Positions 25,386 to 38,117 of a stretch of DNA of 64,000 nucleotides are shown here, piece by piece (within the stretch, counting starts at the first letter, position 1; each line of letters opens with the position of its first letter). The stretch covers positions 62,001-126,000 of the forward strand of contig JAPEUD010000018.1 in NCBI GenBank assembly GCA_026026165.1, read 5' to 3'. The position numbers were made by a program, and so were the translations under genes. The DNA comes from Sarea resinae. Taxonomy: Eukaryota. Below the pieces are notes generated by a model. It was not told the DNA's origin and searched no databases. It worked only from the letters and a program-made list of their open reading frames with translations.

Positions 25386-25887
25386 TCCTGCTTCTTGTCA
25401 AGGACCTTAATTAGGTCACAAGCAATATATTGTGCTAACTTCTAGCAAGCTTGACAGAATGTCGCCACTTTAGAGAGCATCCCCTTATAATGTTGTTTGA
25501 TTTCGTCAGTCTTCTTTATAAGGCCTTTGAGGCTCTACGTGCACTTGGCCGAACATTGATATCATTTAGGTACTCTGATTATGCATAGAGCATTTCGAGA
25601 CCGTTGAAAAACTCCCAGAGGTTTGGGCATAGGAATTGGTAGAACGAGTCAGAGATTGTTGAAGGAATCCGCAAAAGTGAAAATATCGAAAAGTTAGTGC
25701 TAGGTCATAGCGACTAGCACACGTCTATCCCACCCGATCCTTATTCGTCGAGGGGCGTATGCACAGGTAAACGACTTTCTGCTAGTATTAGTACTCGAGA
25801 AGAAAGCGTTTGGTGAGATGTGATGTGAAGAAGAAAAAGTAAAAGTCGATGTGGAGGAAGCACAAGAGGTTAGCGCATAGTGGGAAA

Positions 25888-25952
25888 GCAGTGAATGCTG
25901 TTGAAGCAGTGAATTTGTTGAGTGCGGTGAATGTTGTTGAAGCAGTGAATGC
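25888..25952. repeat. 18-bp minisatellite, ~3.5 copies
   Basis: gcagtgaatgctgttgaa / gcagtgaatttgttgagt / gcggtgaatgttgttgaa / gcagtgaatgc. Confidence 0.85.
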
Positions 25953-28379
25953 TTTTTTGTGAGTTTTGAATGTTTTTCTACCAACCAACGTGAGGGTCGC
26001 CGCTTACTTCTCTTCGGGCCCATGAGACCTTATACCCGGCATCGTCCAATCGTTGGGGCGTTATCGTTCTATGTAACTCATCGACGCTCATGGCAAATCA
26101 TGCCAGCTCGAGGCGAGAATTGAACAGAGAGGTGCTCGGGAGTTCGTTGTGTCGCGCGGCTTCTTGAAAGACACCCCAACGCGGGTGCCAGAGCTCTAGG
26201 CATGCCTTGAAGAAAAGTTGTACTGTCTGATATCGACGGTAGTCCCTTGGCCACAGGTGTCTCCGGCACGCCGTGATCAGACCTTGCAGATGTTTGACAC
26301 TAGCCAGGTCGAACATTTCCTGGCTTACCTTGGCCATAGAAGCTTGTGATGAAGGGATGGTCATCACCGCCCCTTACTCTGATGCAACTCTTACCCAAGT
26401 CTCGCATCAACGTCCAGTTCTGTTGTAAGACTGATGTCCTTATTGACCTCTTCGGCAACTTCTGGATAAAATCCGTTTCGTTCAGAAAAGACAAGTGATC
26501 GAGCGTCATCCGATAGACGCACTGAATCATTGGTATTTTTAATTCTTAGCAGGGATATATACTCTCATTACTGAACTTACCACCACTATAAGTCTTGAGA
26601 GCGTTGTGAATTGGGTCTTCATCTTGATTCTTGCCAATGAGTCAACCCAGCAATCGAATGCTTTGTAATCCTTTATAGTGAGTCTTCACTCGGAGAACAG
26701 TCTGGTAGGAACAGCTAGATAGTGAATGACTTAAGCCTAGATTTCATTTGTCAGAGATAAAATACAATGACACGTACGGATTTCCTGCTACTAGTTCTGC
26801 CTAGTCTTGAGGGCACCCCACTGTCGTAGCCAGACACCTCATGTGCAAGTAGAGTGTTATCCGGCTGTAGATGCCTCAAGAAGAGGATCGGAATGCCAAG
26901 AGTCCAGCCGCTTCCGATTTTAAGAGACGGTCTATGCAGCTGTGCATGCTTTTATAGACTCTAATTTTCTGCTCGTTGAATTGAGGTAAAGGTCGGACTT
27001 CTCTTCGTTCATCATTTGACTTTGATCCGAATCATTATAGCCAAATGTCTCTCACACTTTATCTATGTGGCGCTTTAGACGGACGTTATAGGCTCTGCAC
27101 CAGCTTGTAATTGAAATACCGAGATACTCGAGGTTCTTCAAGGATCCATTGTTTCAATGAACTCGTTTCGTTGACGTAGGTCCGAGGTCTGCCCTTTGCA
27201 TCGATTTGTGCATGAGCATTTAGTTTGCGTTTGGTATATAAAGTAGGTAGCGACGAGGACGACGAGCCGACGGAGGAGGCTTGCGATTTTGGTCCGATCT
27301 AGGCATGAAGCCTGTATAGTATTGGGCAGCCCTTGGATGCCGCTAAAGTCTTTGACTGTGAGAGATGAGAGATGAGAATGAGTGGGAGTGAGCGGGAGCG
27401 GGAAATTGAGAGAAACCGGCAGGCAGTCTGAGTACCGTTGAATGCTAGCGGTTTGCCAAACAGCAAATGAGTCCACCACTCACTCCAATCAGCAAGAATG
27501 CCTGATTGCTTGACGTAAAGCAACACGTGTTGAAAGACATACTCAAACAGATATATTTCGCGGCCACACGATCATAGCAAAGAGACGAATATCCCACAAG
27601 CATACAACAGACAAACATCCAAAAGCCTTAAAACGAATCATCAAGGCTTCGATCAACGAAGGCGGAAACAAAGGTGGAATACAGTATCCAACGCACTACC
27701 AAGAGCCTCGGAACAAACAAGAGCCCCAACCCAACAATAATAGAGCCCACAAGCACGACAAAGAAAGAGGAAGAAGAAGAAAGTCGAGACTTGGATGAGC
27801 TCTTTAAATATTCCCAATCCCGCAGCTTCCATTCCCCACTAGTAGGTCATTGCAGCAAACGAATAACATTCCCATCGTAAGTGAAAATATCATTCCCCCA
27901 CGGACGTGAAAGCCAAAGTTAGCGATGGATGATAGAAAACGTGAATTGGTCAAAAGCAAACCATTCCCATATCCCAGAAACATACAAGACAAGAGTGAAC
28001 TGTCATCTGAGCATACCACTGGTTGCGAGACCTTTTCGGGGGGCCACAACGAGTGTGGGTGAATGAAGACTTACCTTAGCTACGTACTCAGCACACGATA
28101 TCAAGCCCAAAAGCAGCACGAAACAATAGGACACAGACAGCATCACTCAAAAACCGTAAATGACATTAAAGTAGGATTTGTCCACACCAAAGGGTGAAAA
28201 AAGAGAAAGAAGACTTGATTTGAATTATTCGACAGGGCAGAACTATAACTTCAAAATCCACACATCCACGTATTCAACAATAACCCTGCGGTCTTGGCCA
28301 TCCAACAACCGCGCTACAAGATGTCCAACCAACTCACAGCAGCCAAAGAGCGCTGCTGTATTGGGCTAAATGTGCTTGT

Positions 28380-29973
28380 TTACGAGGCAGCCTCAGCGGC
28401 GAGCTGGAAGAGCGATGAGAGACCAGCATTGTTGGAGGCTTGGTTGGTGAAGCTCGAGATCGTCGAACCCGGGAGGCTGGTGTCGAAGGTTTGGTTGTCG
28501 TCGAGGATCTGGATGTGTGCCGAGGAGTTCTCACCAGTGAAGGTGACGGCGACCTTGATGGGAGCGCTGGTGGGGCGGTCAAAGTAGTCAGAGTCACCGC
28601 CCCATGGGTGGAAGGTGGACTTGGCGCGGGTGTCACCAGAGGCGAGAACTTCAAAGATATCGAATTCACCACAGCCGGAGGTCCAGCACGAGCACTCAGC
28701 ATTGCCGTATTGCAGAGTGCGGGGGATCTGAGCGTTCAGCATCCAGACGGCGGGCATGTTCTGGTTGGTCCACACGCCGCTAGTGCCGTCATCAGGCATA
28801 GAGAACTCCATCAAGAAAACCTTGGCAGCGCCGTCAAATCCGTCTACGAGAGGTTAGCTTCAGGAAGGGTCACATTAAGATTGGGAACGCGTACGGTAGG
28901 CAACAGTTCCCGGACGAGAGTAGCCGCAGCTGTCGCCGTCTTTGCACTGGCTGTCTGACATGATGATAACCTCAGTGTTGGAAGGCAGTTGGGTGTCAGA
29001 GAGGACTTGAGGAGAGGAAGCGCCACTCTTTCCATCCGAGGAAGCGTAGGAGAGAGAGTTGCCGAAGTTGCTGCGCATTGTTAATCCATGAATCGTCAAA
29101 CTGATCGAAGAGCGACTTACTTGTCAAACACACCGGAGCCAGAGCCACCGTTGTGGTTCAGGAATACCAAGCCATCAGCGGTACCAGAAGACGATTCATA
29201 GTAAGCTTGGCGACTCCAGGAGCCGGAGGTGCTGAAGGTGTTGGAGCCCGACGATGAGCTTGAAGACGAGCTTGAAGATGAGCTGGAGCTGGAGCTGCTC
29301 GAGGATGACGAGCTAGAGCCGGAGCTTGATTCCTCCTCCTTGGATGAACCTGAAGACGAGCTGCCGGTAGCCTGAGCTGCGGCGGCAGACGGAGTGCTCG
29401 AAGACCCCTGGGATGAGGCGGCGGTGGCGGCGGCACCACCAGCATAGTTGTTGGCCCACGATTCGACCTGACCGTTGATGGTTGCCACCACCTCAGCGCC
29501 AAGGCCACGCTTCTCCTCCTGGTCCTGAATCTCACGGATCTCCTTGTTGTGCTCGTGGAAGTGCTGGTGGCCGTGACGACGGTGGTTGGGACCAACACTG
29601 CGCTTCTTGCTGGAGCCAGAGCTCGGCGTGTAGACGGCGAACTGCTTCAATTGCAGAGGACCACGGAAGTGGAGGGAGACCTGGATTGCGATTAGACGAA
29701 ACCCACTCGAGATGGAAAGCAAGTACCCACCTCCTCATCGAGAGGGGAAATGGCGCCGTTGTAGCTCTTGGGCTGCGAGGAGCAGCTGCCGCCCTCCATG
29801 CTGGTGACCTGGTTGTACGAGCCAGACCAGCCGACTCCATTGTAGGCGATGTTCTTCACCGAAGAACAATACCAGTTCCCGCCGATGTCCTGAGAACCGG
29901 AGCTACAATCGTCGGCGACGACACCTGAGACGATGGCCGCGACCGCCGCACCCGCAGCGATGATCGAACGCAT
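28380..29973 (-). CDS. TOS1: Secreted TOS1/PGA52-like cell-wall protein (DUF2403+DUF2401, putative glycoside hydrolase), 3 introns
   Basis: Signal peptide MRSIIAAGAAVAAIVSGVVA; GGNWYCS; SPLDEE|VSLHFRGPLQLKQFAVY; Ser-rich linker; FLNHNGGSGSGVFD; MPAVWMLNAQIPRTLQYG; CSCWTSGCGEFDIFEVL. Exons 29973-29731, 29680-29121, 29070-28895, 28843-28380. Confidence 0.9.
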
Positions 29974-32900
29974 ATTTACTGTTTAGAAGATGTCCGAATG
30001 GAAGGATGATGGGACGATGGCTGAGGCGATCTGTCGCTGTCGGTGATTCTTTCCGGGCGGTTACACGAGCTGTTTTGATCTGGCGTGGGACGCGATCGTG
30101 AGAGGCAAGGAAGGATTAATGAACGTCGGTCCAACCTCGAAGGCGCAAGTAATGAATGACTGGGTTGGGTACCAAAAGAATGTGGTGAAGGAAGGAGTGA
30201 ATGAAGTTCGGACGACAGAGATGGCGATGGGGGGTGGGCCGGGGAGGAGAGAGTTTTAATGGGAATAAGAAGGAGAAAGCAACGACATGAGGTGAGAGGG
30301 AGAAAGTAGTCTAGGATAGGTGAGGAACGAGGGCAGAGGAGGGAGGAGAAGGGAAAGGAGGTGTCGGCTAACGAGTCAATGGCCAGCACAGTCGACGACC
30401 AACTGGCACCAACTGGCCTGCGTGGTGGGGATATACTTCCTAGTACTCATCCGAGTAGATTGACATACCCCGTAGTACAGGTAGTCTGGAGTATCCAGTG
30501 TGGATTGATTGTCGCCGTCTCATCAAACTACGAAGACATGCATGGGGGCGTGCCTGGGGCAGGGAGGAGGGAGGAGGCAACGGAAGAGATACAAGAGACC
30601 GGCATGACGAGGCGCATTGTTGACCCTGATCGTGGGCCAAAGACGCGCCAGTGCAGACTAGCGTCAGGTACCAGGGCCATGCAATTTCCGCGAGGAGCGA
30701 GCCTGCAAGGAACCATGTACCTCCCGGTCCTCTCGCTGCTCGCCAGCAACGGCGTGAGACCTCGAGAGACCTCCGCGACGACGTTTCGTGCAGCAGCCTC
30801 TCGAGCTGTCAGTGGTCGGGAAGACACTGCCAGTACCGCTAGCACCAGCCGAGGTGGCCTCATACCCGATGTGACTCGATGAGACTGCGCTGGTCGGGGT
30901 CCCACGTCTCCCTCGTCGACGGGCGCTTGCACTTGAGTGCACTACTACATAGTAGAGTGCACTGGAGTCCTATTGAGCACTAGCAGCGCACGACGACCAC
31001 TCACCACCCGCTGGAGGAAGACGATCCTGACGCAGATCTCGGCGACTGCGCGATCCATTCATCAGATCACTTGACGCGGAGATGATACATGTACAGCGTA
31101 CTCAAAGTACTCTAGGCTCTCTCGATAGAACATTGGATCCATTCGCTGATCGTCATCCCGTAGCAGCCAAATAAAGGAGTCGCCGATTGCAATCTGTGCA
31201 CGTTCTGGTGGACTGGACACGAATACATGTACAGTGCGGGCCACCTGTACGAATTGGAAGTACAGAGCACCACGGCCCCACCCCACTGTCTCTCGACAGA
31301 GTTTGTTCGTCTGCATCATGACTTTTCCCTCCGAAACCTGTCAAACTCTCTTCGCGTAGTAATGTACCACACAACTCATGAGCAACTCTTGGTGCTTCCA
31401 TTCCTCTCCCCGATCGCTTGAGTACGGTATGTACTTCAGTACTGCCTGTGCTTGATCACATGAGCTTCGACGACGCAGTTCTTCCCAAACATGCCACAAC
31501 GATTACCAGATCACCAAATCACCAAAGTCAATTAGCGGCTCTTCCGTGGACGCGTAACTCCGTAGCGTTCCTACTCAGCCACGCCGTCGTCGTCCGAGCC
31601 AGAGGAGTGCATCCACTTACCGAACTTTGTTCTGACAGGTGAGCCGCCGATTCGCGTGCGGTTCGGTTCGACGCCCAATCGAATTCCACGTCCCCACACA
31701 TCGGCGGCTTTTCCCCTCTAGTCGAGGAAAATTTCGCCCTTTATGGAGTCTCTATAAAGGTCAGATGGGGCCGCATGTGAAAAAAAAAATGGGAAGAAGA
31801 GGACGAGGAATTCTCGTTGACTCAGGAGACAGGTCAAAGATTGACTCGAAATGACTTTACAGAGACACCAGGTCGCATATGGCTTCTGAGTCCGGCCCGA
31901 ATGCACTTAACACCATGTTGCAAATTCATCGTGGCATCTGCCGTCTTTGTTTTAGCATCATCAGCCGCTGAGAACAATAGCAATAGCCATGCGACTCTTC
32001 GCGGTGAGAACAGGAGAAGCTTCCGAAGCCAGAAGATATCGACGAGGGATTTCTCAGATTCGATTCTTTGGAGACTCGGGCCCCGGCTGTTTTCTTACAA
32101 AATCCATCAAAACGGCTGACAAGGTAATGATCCACTCGCCAACAATTTCTGGTCAGAGGCATCCACCTGCGCCTGGACGAGAAGTCTCGAGATCACCCGA
32201 AGGTCTGCAGAGAAGAACTTCAGCTGGACTTTGGTCGAAAAATACGGTCATATCACCACGTGCTGCTTTCAACGCTCTCTTCCACCATCAGGACTGTGGA
32301 TCTCCGACTATTTAAATTTGGGCCGGGCATATGAGACAGTGGGCGGGTCCGAGGATCAAGTCCCACAGTGGGTTCTGCAACAGCCGTAAGGAAGACCATC
32401 TCGAGATTCTCTATCGTCGCTGCGAATGTCTTCGATCGTGAAGAAATCAGCTTTGGATCCTGAAGACCTTGAATGCTCTACGGCCAAGTCGGTCTAAATG
32501 TATCGAAAAGATTGCATTTGACGACCAGCTAGTCCAGTAGCTGCCACTATTAACATCTCAGATCTTGGCAGGTGGAAGAATCAAGCGTCTCCTGTGTCTA
32601 GACCAGGCATTGGATGCGCTGTTGTCTCTTCACTGACTAGGTTCTTCTAGCAGCAAATATCTTTTCCGTAGAGGAGAAGCTCTGTGCAGGCGGGGCTAAT
32701 TTTTATAGCAGTAGTCATAGCAAATAGTCTTAGCGAATTCCTTCGAATAAAACTTCACTGATCGTAATACTTATGCGACGCCAGCAGCATGCTGCACTCT
32801 GTTCCTCATGTGTATTCGTGCCAGAGATCACAGCATTCACATCTGTAAGGCAGATCTTCGTACAACTTCAAAACTGCATCCTGTGTGAACCATGCTAGTT

Positions 32901-33016
32901 CTACAGTCTACAATGGTAGAACTATATTTGACTACCAAAATCGAGACTGATATTCAGACTTTCCGTTTCAGGCAATAGTCAGCAATACACTGGAGATCTT
33001 TATTGAGATTCTCTAC

Positions 33017-33022
33017 CCGAGG
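33017..33022 (+). promoter_or_regulatory. CCGAGG (CCTCGG) candidate FarA/FarB/Ctf1 fatty-acid response site upstream of PEX13
   Basis: Exact hexamer ~235 bp upstream of the PEX13 ATG; this motif is established upstream of peroxisomal genes in Aspergillus. A short motif like this may occur by chance. Confidence 0.35.
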
Positions 33023-33255
33023 CTTAGCTGACATGCTACCCCGCGTCCTAAATTATTTCATCACGTGATACCTGATATAGTCGCTCCGACCGGTGCAGCC
33101 ACAAGAACTTCGGCAATACGTCAATCAATGATCGATCAAGTCAGGACGCTCATCATATAACATATATAGCAGAATTTCAGATTCGACGAGAAGAAAGAAT
33201 CATAAACGATAAGAATCTTCCGCGTACTGAACGCCCGAGAAAGTCATCCAGCTCG

Positions 33256-34753
33256 ATGGCCTCGCCATCGCCACCTAAGCCATGGGAAAGAGCTGGGGCG
33301 ACAGGTCCGAATAACAGTGAGAGGAGCTCCGCAACACTTTAGGACCAGCTGCTAATACAGTGTCCTTTTCCAGCACTGTCCTCGGGTCCATCAGCAACCA
33401 GTCAATCATTCAATGACTCATTCGCGTCGTCGACAACTGGCGCGAACCCCACATCAGGTTCTTCTGCGCCTGCCCTCCCAGAGAGACCTAGCTCTCTCAA
33501 CTCGGTCGCGAATCGTACTGCGTCCAACTATTCAGGTTACGGTGCCAACCGTCTAGGTTCATCGCCATACGGTGGTATGGGGGGATATGGGGGCTACTCG
33601 TCGCCGTACTCGCGATTCGGCGGCTTAGGAAGCTCCATGTATGGCGGCGGCATGGGCGGATATGGAAGCATGTATGGAGGCATGGGCGGTATGGGTGGCA
33701 TGGGAGGCATGGGAGGGATGTACGGGGGTATGGGAGGGATGCAGGGAGACCCGAACGACCCCAACAGCTTGACGAATTCTTTCAGCCAAAGTACTCAAGC
33801 GACGTTCCAACTAATCGAGAGTATTGTTGGTGCATTTGGTGGATTTGCCCAAATGCTGGAAAGCACGTATATGGCCACTCACAGTTCATTCTTTGGTAAG
33901 TTGACTATTTTCCGTTTTGGTTTACCACGACCGATGCATGTAGCTCTTCGTGGGTATATTTGGATTTTGCTGACATCTTCTAGCAATGGTCTCTGTAGCA
34001 GAACAATTTGGCAATCTACGCCAAACGCTTGGTTCCATACTAGGAATTTACACCATCATCCGGTGGATGAAAACTCTCGTAGCGAAACTGACCGGCCGTC
34101 CGCTCCCTGCTTCCGCTCAAGATTTGACACCATCCAACTTTGCCGCCTTCGAAAATGGCAGGGGATCAACCGCCGTCGGCCCCAACGGCGCCCCTCTCCC
34201 GCGTCCCAGTAAGAAGCCGTTCATCATGTTCATCCTCGCCGTTTTCGGTCTTCCCTACCTCATGGGCAAGCTCATCCGCCACCTCGCTCGAAATGAAGAA
34301 ACCGAGCGCAAGCGTCTCGAGGAAGCTCATGGCGGCGGGTCACAAAACCCACAACAGCAGCTTGATCCCTCCAAGCTCGACTTCTGCCGTCTTCTCTACG
34401 ACTACACCCCTGAAGCCTCTCCTAATGGTCCCACAGCTGGAATCGACTTGGATGTCAAGAAGGGTGACCTTGTTGCCGTCTTGAGTAAATCAGACCCAAT
34501 GGGAAATCCGTCCGAATGGTGGCGTTGCCGAGCTCGCGATGGGCGGGTCGGATACCTGCCATCCCCATACCTCGAAGGCATCCAGAGGCGTGCAGCTACG
34601 GCAGCCATCACAAGCGGGAGCCAACCTAGCAGCAGGGCCCAAACCATGACATCTACGACGGCGAGTTTCAAGGGTGAACCTAGACCAGAGGTCAAGGGCA
34701 AGCCGGGTGACATCTCAGCCGAGAGCTTCCAAAAAAGCACCTTTACTTCGTGA
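33256..34753 (+). CDS. PEX13: Peroxin-13 (peroxisomal docking protein, SH3), 2 introns
   Basis: MASPSPPKPWER, G/Y/M-rich N-terminus, STQATFQLIESIVGAFGGFAQMLESTYMATHSSFF|AMVSVAEQFGNLR, and SH3 FCRLLYDY...DLDVKKGDLVAVLSK...WWRCRARDGRVGYLPSPYL. Introns 33317-33373, 33896-33983. Confidence 0.96.
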
Positions 34754-36075
34754 GATGTCTTCCACTGTTAGACTGCCTATGTCTATGACGCGAGGCCATG
34801 ATTGTTCGGAAGATTCTCATTTTTTTGCTACATCCTTGCAACACGTTCGTGGCGCCGTCAGCTACCGACTCCTTACCTCATTACGATCTCCCCCCCAAGC
34901 AATAGCAAGCAGCAGGAGGAAAATCATGACAGCTTTTCACAGGGATTCAACCAGATTATCACACGCGAAACGCTCGAGCTCGCCCGGCAGTTGAAGAAGA
35001 AAGCATGACGATGTCAACAGAGTCAGGGCTTCAACGGAGCTAAATCACGGCCAAAACCCTTCTATCCTTTTCCATCCTCTTCTCCCTTTCTCCTCCTCTC
35101 CCCTGCTCTGCGAGTTCTCTTCTCCCTTCTCTCTTGTCTTTTTCTCATCTCATGCCATTATTTTTCTATCTCTATTTTTCACTATTTCAATCTTTGAACG
35201 ATTTCAGCGAGCGATCTTTATGAGCTCTAAGCTACTAGCTAAAGCCTTCAATGCCGCGGTAGAGCGCTCTATGGTATGATTGTTATATTTTCGGGACGAA
35301 AGTAGCGGGCGTTGTTCTTCTCTTGTAGTTGAGACATTGAGGGAATGGGATGGTCCCCAGTGTTGATCTTGTTTGGCTTGGCATGGCTTGGCATGGCTTG
35401 GCTGAGCTTAGGTAAAGACGGTATCAAGTTCTTATTTCCAAGGGCTCATTTGAACAGCTATCTAATCTGGTAATCTGGTGAGGGTAGAGAGATGTTGAGG
35501 TCGACTGTCGTTCGTCTCCGCTTCGACCACGCTGAGTAGAGTAGAGTAGATTTATCTGTTATACATTTTGGTCTTCAGGAGAAAATGAAGCGGTCATGTG
35601 TCGTTGATGTTTCTCTCCACCACGTATGATCACCTCGCTGATGTGACGTGTCAACATCTCCTGCCTCGCTCTCGAGCCGCTCCGACGTTAAACTTCAGGC
35701 TATAATGTGTTAGTGTGTTGACATCCATCACTTCCACTATCAACAACATCCCGACCCTCTGACGATGAATGACCCCACCCGTTCTAACCTCAATTCACTA
35801 ACCTCAATGCATCCAAGCAAGAGATAACACAACCGCTCCCCATCAACAACACTTCTCTACTAACATCCCCACCCATCTCTCACCGCCTCACCTCTTTAGA
35901 AACCCCACGGGACCCGCGTCACCCATTGCTCATCACAGCCATCCACTTGCTCGACTACCTTGCTCTTCGTCCACAGACAATTACCGCAGCGCACAGCAGA
36001 CAATCCTCTGCGCCTCCGTCAGGCAGACGCAAAATCCTCAACTTTCAACAATCCATCAAAGGCTATCAATACAAT

Positions 36076-36843
36076 ATGCCAAACAACACGTCTTCCTCTT
36101 CCGGTTCGGGCTCCGGCTCCTCCGGTTCAGGCTCCTCGGGAGCAGGTGGATACTCGTACAAGTCCTCGGGGACAAACAGCGAGGTACGCACCGGAGAAGA
36201 GGACCAAGGGTCCAGTTCTCTGAGATGAATCCTCCTTGTTCAGCTACCCATCCATCTCCCTGACTGCTGCATGTGTTCTGATTCCATGAACGATAACGCC
36301 GCTCGAGAGCTACGCGTGTGACAAATGTGCAATTCTAAGCCGCGACGGAATCGAGGATGTGGGATACGAAATATGACATTGAATAACATGCTGAATATAT
36401 GGATCATCACAGGGAAACCACTACTGCGCCCGTGACTACGGATCCGGCGCCTCGAACTCGAATTCCTACCATTATTCCAATACGTATGTCTTCCTCTTCC
36501 CCTTCTTCCCCTCCTCATCCTTCTTTATATCATTCGCTTCACTCTGCTCTCTGCTCGTGTCTCTCACAATCTTATCCCGCTTTTGCTGCCATTTGGTTTC
36601 TTTCTCATTCCCCAGCTATTTTGGCCGAGTCTCACTATTAATCCCTCTCTTTTCCTGTGTTCGATTCTTTTGCCTTTGGCCATTTGATCCTCCTCTACAC
36701 ACCTCCCGGACACTAGCCCTCAAGCAAAAAGAAACTGACCCAATAACCTGTCCACCTGTAGCGATGGCAGCTACTACTACTCCAACCCCAACGGCAGCAC
36801 GTACTACAACTCTGGCAACGGCTACAGCCAATACAAGCGCTAG
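36076..36843 (+). CDS. Small (86 aa) G/S/N/Y-rich conserved-type fungal hypothetical protein, 3 exons
   Basis: Exons 36076-36183, 36413-36483 and 36762-36843 splice in frame to MPNNTSSSSGSGSG...YSYKSSGTNSE GNHYCARDYGSGASNSNSYHYSNT DGSYYYSNPNGSTYYNSGNGYSQYKR*. Canonical GT/AG and CTGA branch sites. Confidence 0.8.
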
Positions 36844-37199
36844 AACGCAGACATAGCAGCGAGCACCGATCCCACATTCCTCTCTCTGTCTGTTTGCCTT
36901 TTGTTGGCCGAGTTGTGTCCTCTATACCCTCTTTAGTTTGGGGGGCATGCTGGGTTCAAGAGGTATGGGGAGGTCAGGGGATGGACTTAGACGGGATCAA
37001 ATGGGCCGGACTGGGCTGAGACGGGAATAGCACTCTCATAACCCAGTAGCCTTCAATCAAACAGGTCATCAATCACAAATCAAAGTCGCGACCAAACTCT
37101 GAATCATACCCCCTCTTCTTGAATCTTTTCGTCGTCGGTTCCGGTATCGGGTATCGTGAATGTATCCGAGCACGAATAGAACAAGGCAGCATGGGCGGC

Positions 37200-37760
37200 A
37201 CGAGACTGAGACGACAACTGAGAGACGGAGACGGAGACTGAGACTGAAACTACGATGAGATGAGATGAGATCCGGCGATATTCAAACCCTCTCTTCCTGG
37301 CCGGAACATTACCGTAAACACTGATATCCTTCCGGTCTTCTACTGTTATTGGTACTATTATTGTCATCCATTGTTTTTTTGTTATCGATCCCTGCAGGCA
37401 TGCACCTAACGGGACTTTGGTAGCTCCTTGCCTGGCATAGTGTACGGTGGATAGTACCTAGTAGCATAGTAGCATAGTAGTATAGTAGCATAGTAGTATA
37501 GTGGTATAAGGGCAAGGTGGCATAGTAGTATGGCGGCATATTCACTAGGTAGGTAGGTAGGTAAGGTAGGCGGAAGGGATAAGGGAACTTGGGGGAGCAG
37601 GGAGATAGCAGAACATAAGGTAGTATGACATGGTATGGCATGGCAGAGCAGAGCATGGCTTGGCTTGGCTTGGCTTGGCATGGTATAGAATCGTATGTAT
37701 AGTTTAGGTATGGTATAGTATACTATAACGCCGTATGGCTTATGCCAGCCTCGTGTTTTT
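37200..37760. repeat. Microsatellite cluster between the convergent microprotein gene and ATG6
   Basis: (GAGACG/T)n, (ATGAG)n, (CATAGTAG)n, (TAGG)n, (TGGCT/TGGCA)n arrays. Confidence 0.88.
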
Positions 37761-38117
37761 CGCTGGTTGTTTTTGGGTTGGTGTGCGGGCTCGTATTGTT
37801 ACACGCCCATCCCTTCTTTCCCTGACTCTTCTAATGAGACGGGAAGGGATGTGATGCGAGGTACACAAGTGAGCGAGTCCGAAGAATTAAAGAAGATGAG
37901 AAGATGGAAAGAGGAAGAAAAACAGGCAACGCCATGGAAGTCCAATTCCTGTGCCTATGCGCCTCGGACGCCCCTTTTCGCCTTAGATCTAATATTGCCC
38001 CTCATATACCGCCGCCGGTATCAGATCTCGATCAGAAAATTCCAATTGAGCCGTTTCCCTTGCCCATTTCCTTCCCTGTCTCCCTGCTTTCATCGCTCCC
38101 ATGTGCTGCCGTAAGAT

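Larger units (their letters stand above)
17040..27130. mobile_element. AT-rich, RIP-like degenerated accessory island containing multiple gene relics (element class unresolved)
   Basis: Abrupt GC drop and no long ORFs. TpA-rich/CpA-TpG-poor patches at ~17050-17760, 19560-20160, 21660-21960, 22180-22520, 24290-24480 and 25390-25600. Protein-like frames are broken mainly by TAG/TAA. Boundaries are approximate. Confidence 0.7.

Noticed and set aside
25888..25952. Regularly spaced repeats (also 41926-42399, 56603-56656) as CRISPR-like arrays
   Set aside because: Contiguous tandem units without unique spacers, eukaryotic context, no cas genes.
17040..27130. Starship captain (DUF3435), DDE transposase, RT/LTR or TIR/TSD at the island ends
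   Set aside because: None recognisable by eye; cannot be excluded without de-RIP and HMM searches.
31664..31677. GGTTCGACGCCC as a tRNA T-arm
   Set aside because: No pairing T-stem, acceptor stem or D-arm could be built.
31700..33000. Possible degenerate coding sequence upstream of PEX13
   Set aside because: Some protein-like stretches on the minus strand, but no consistent frame or recognisable family.
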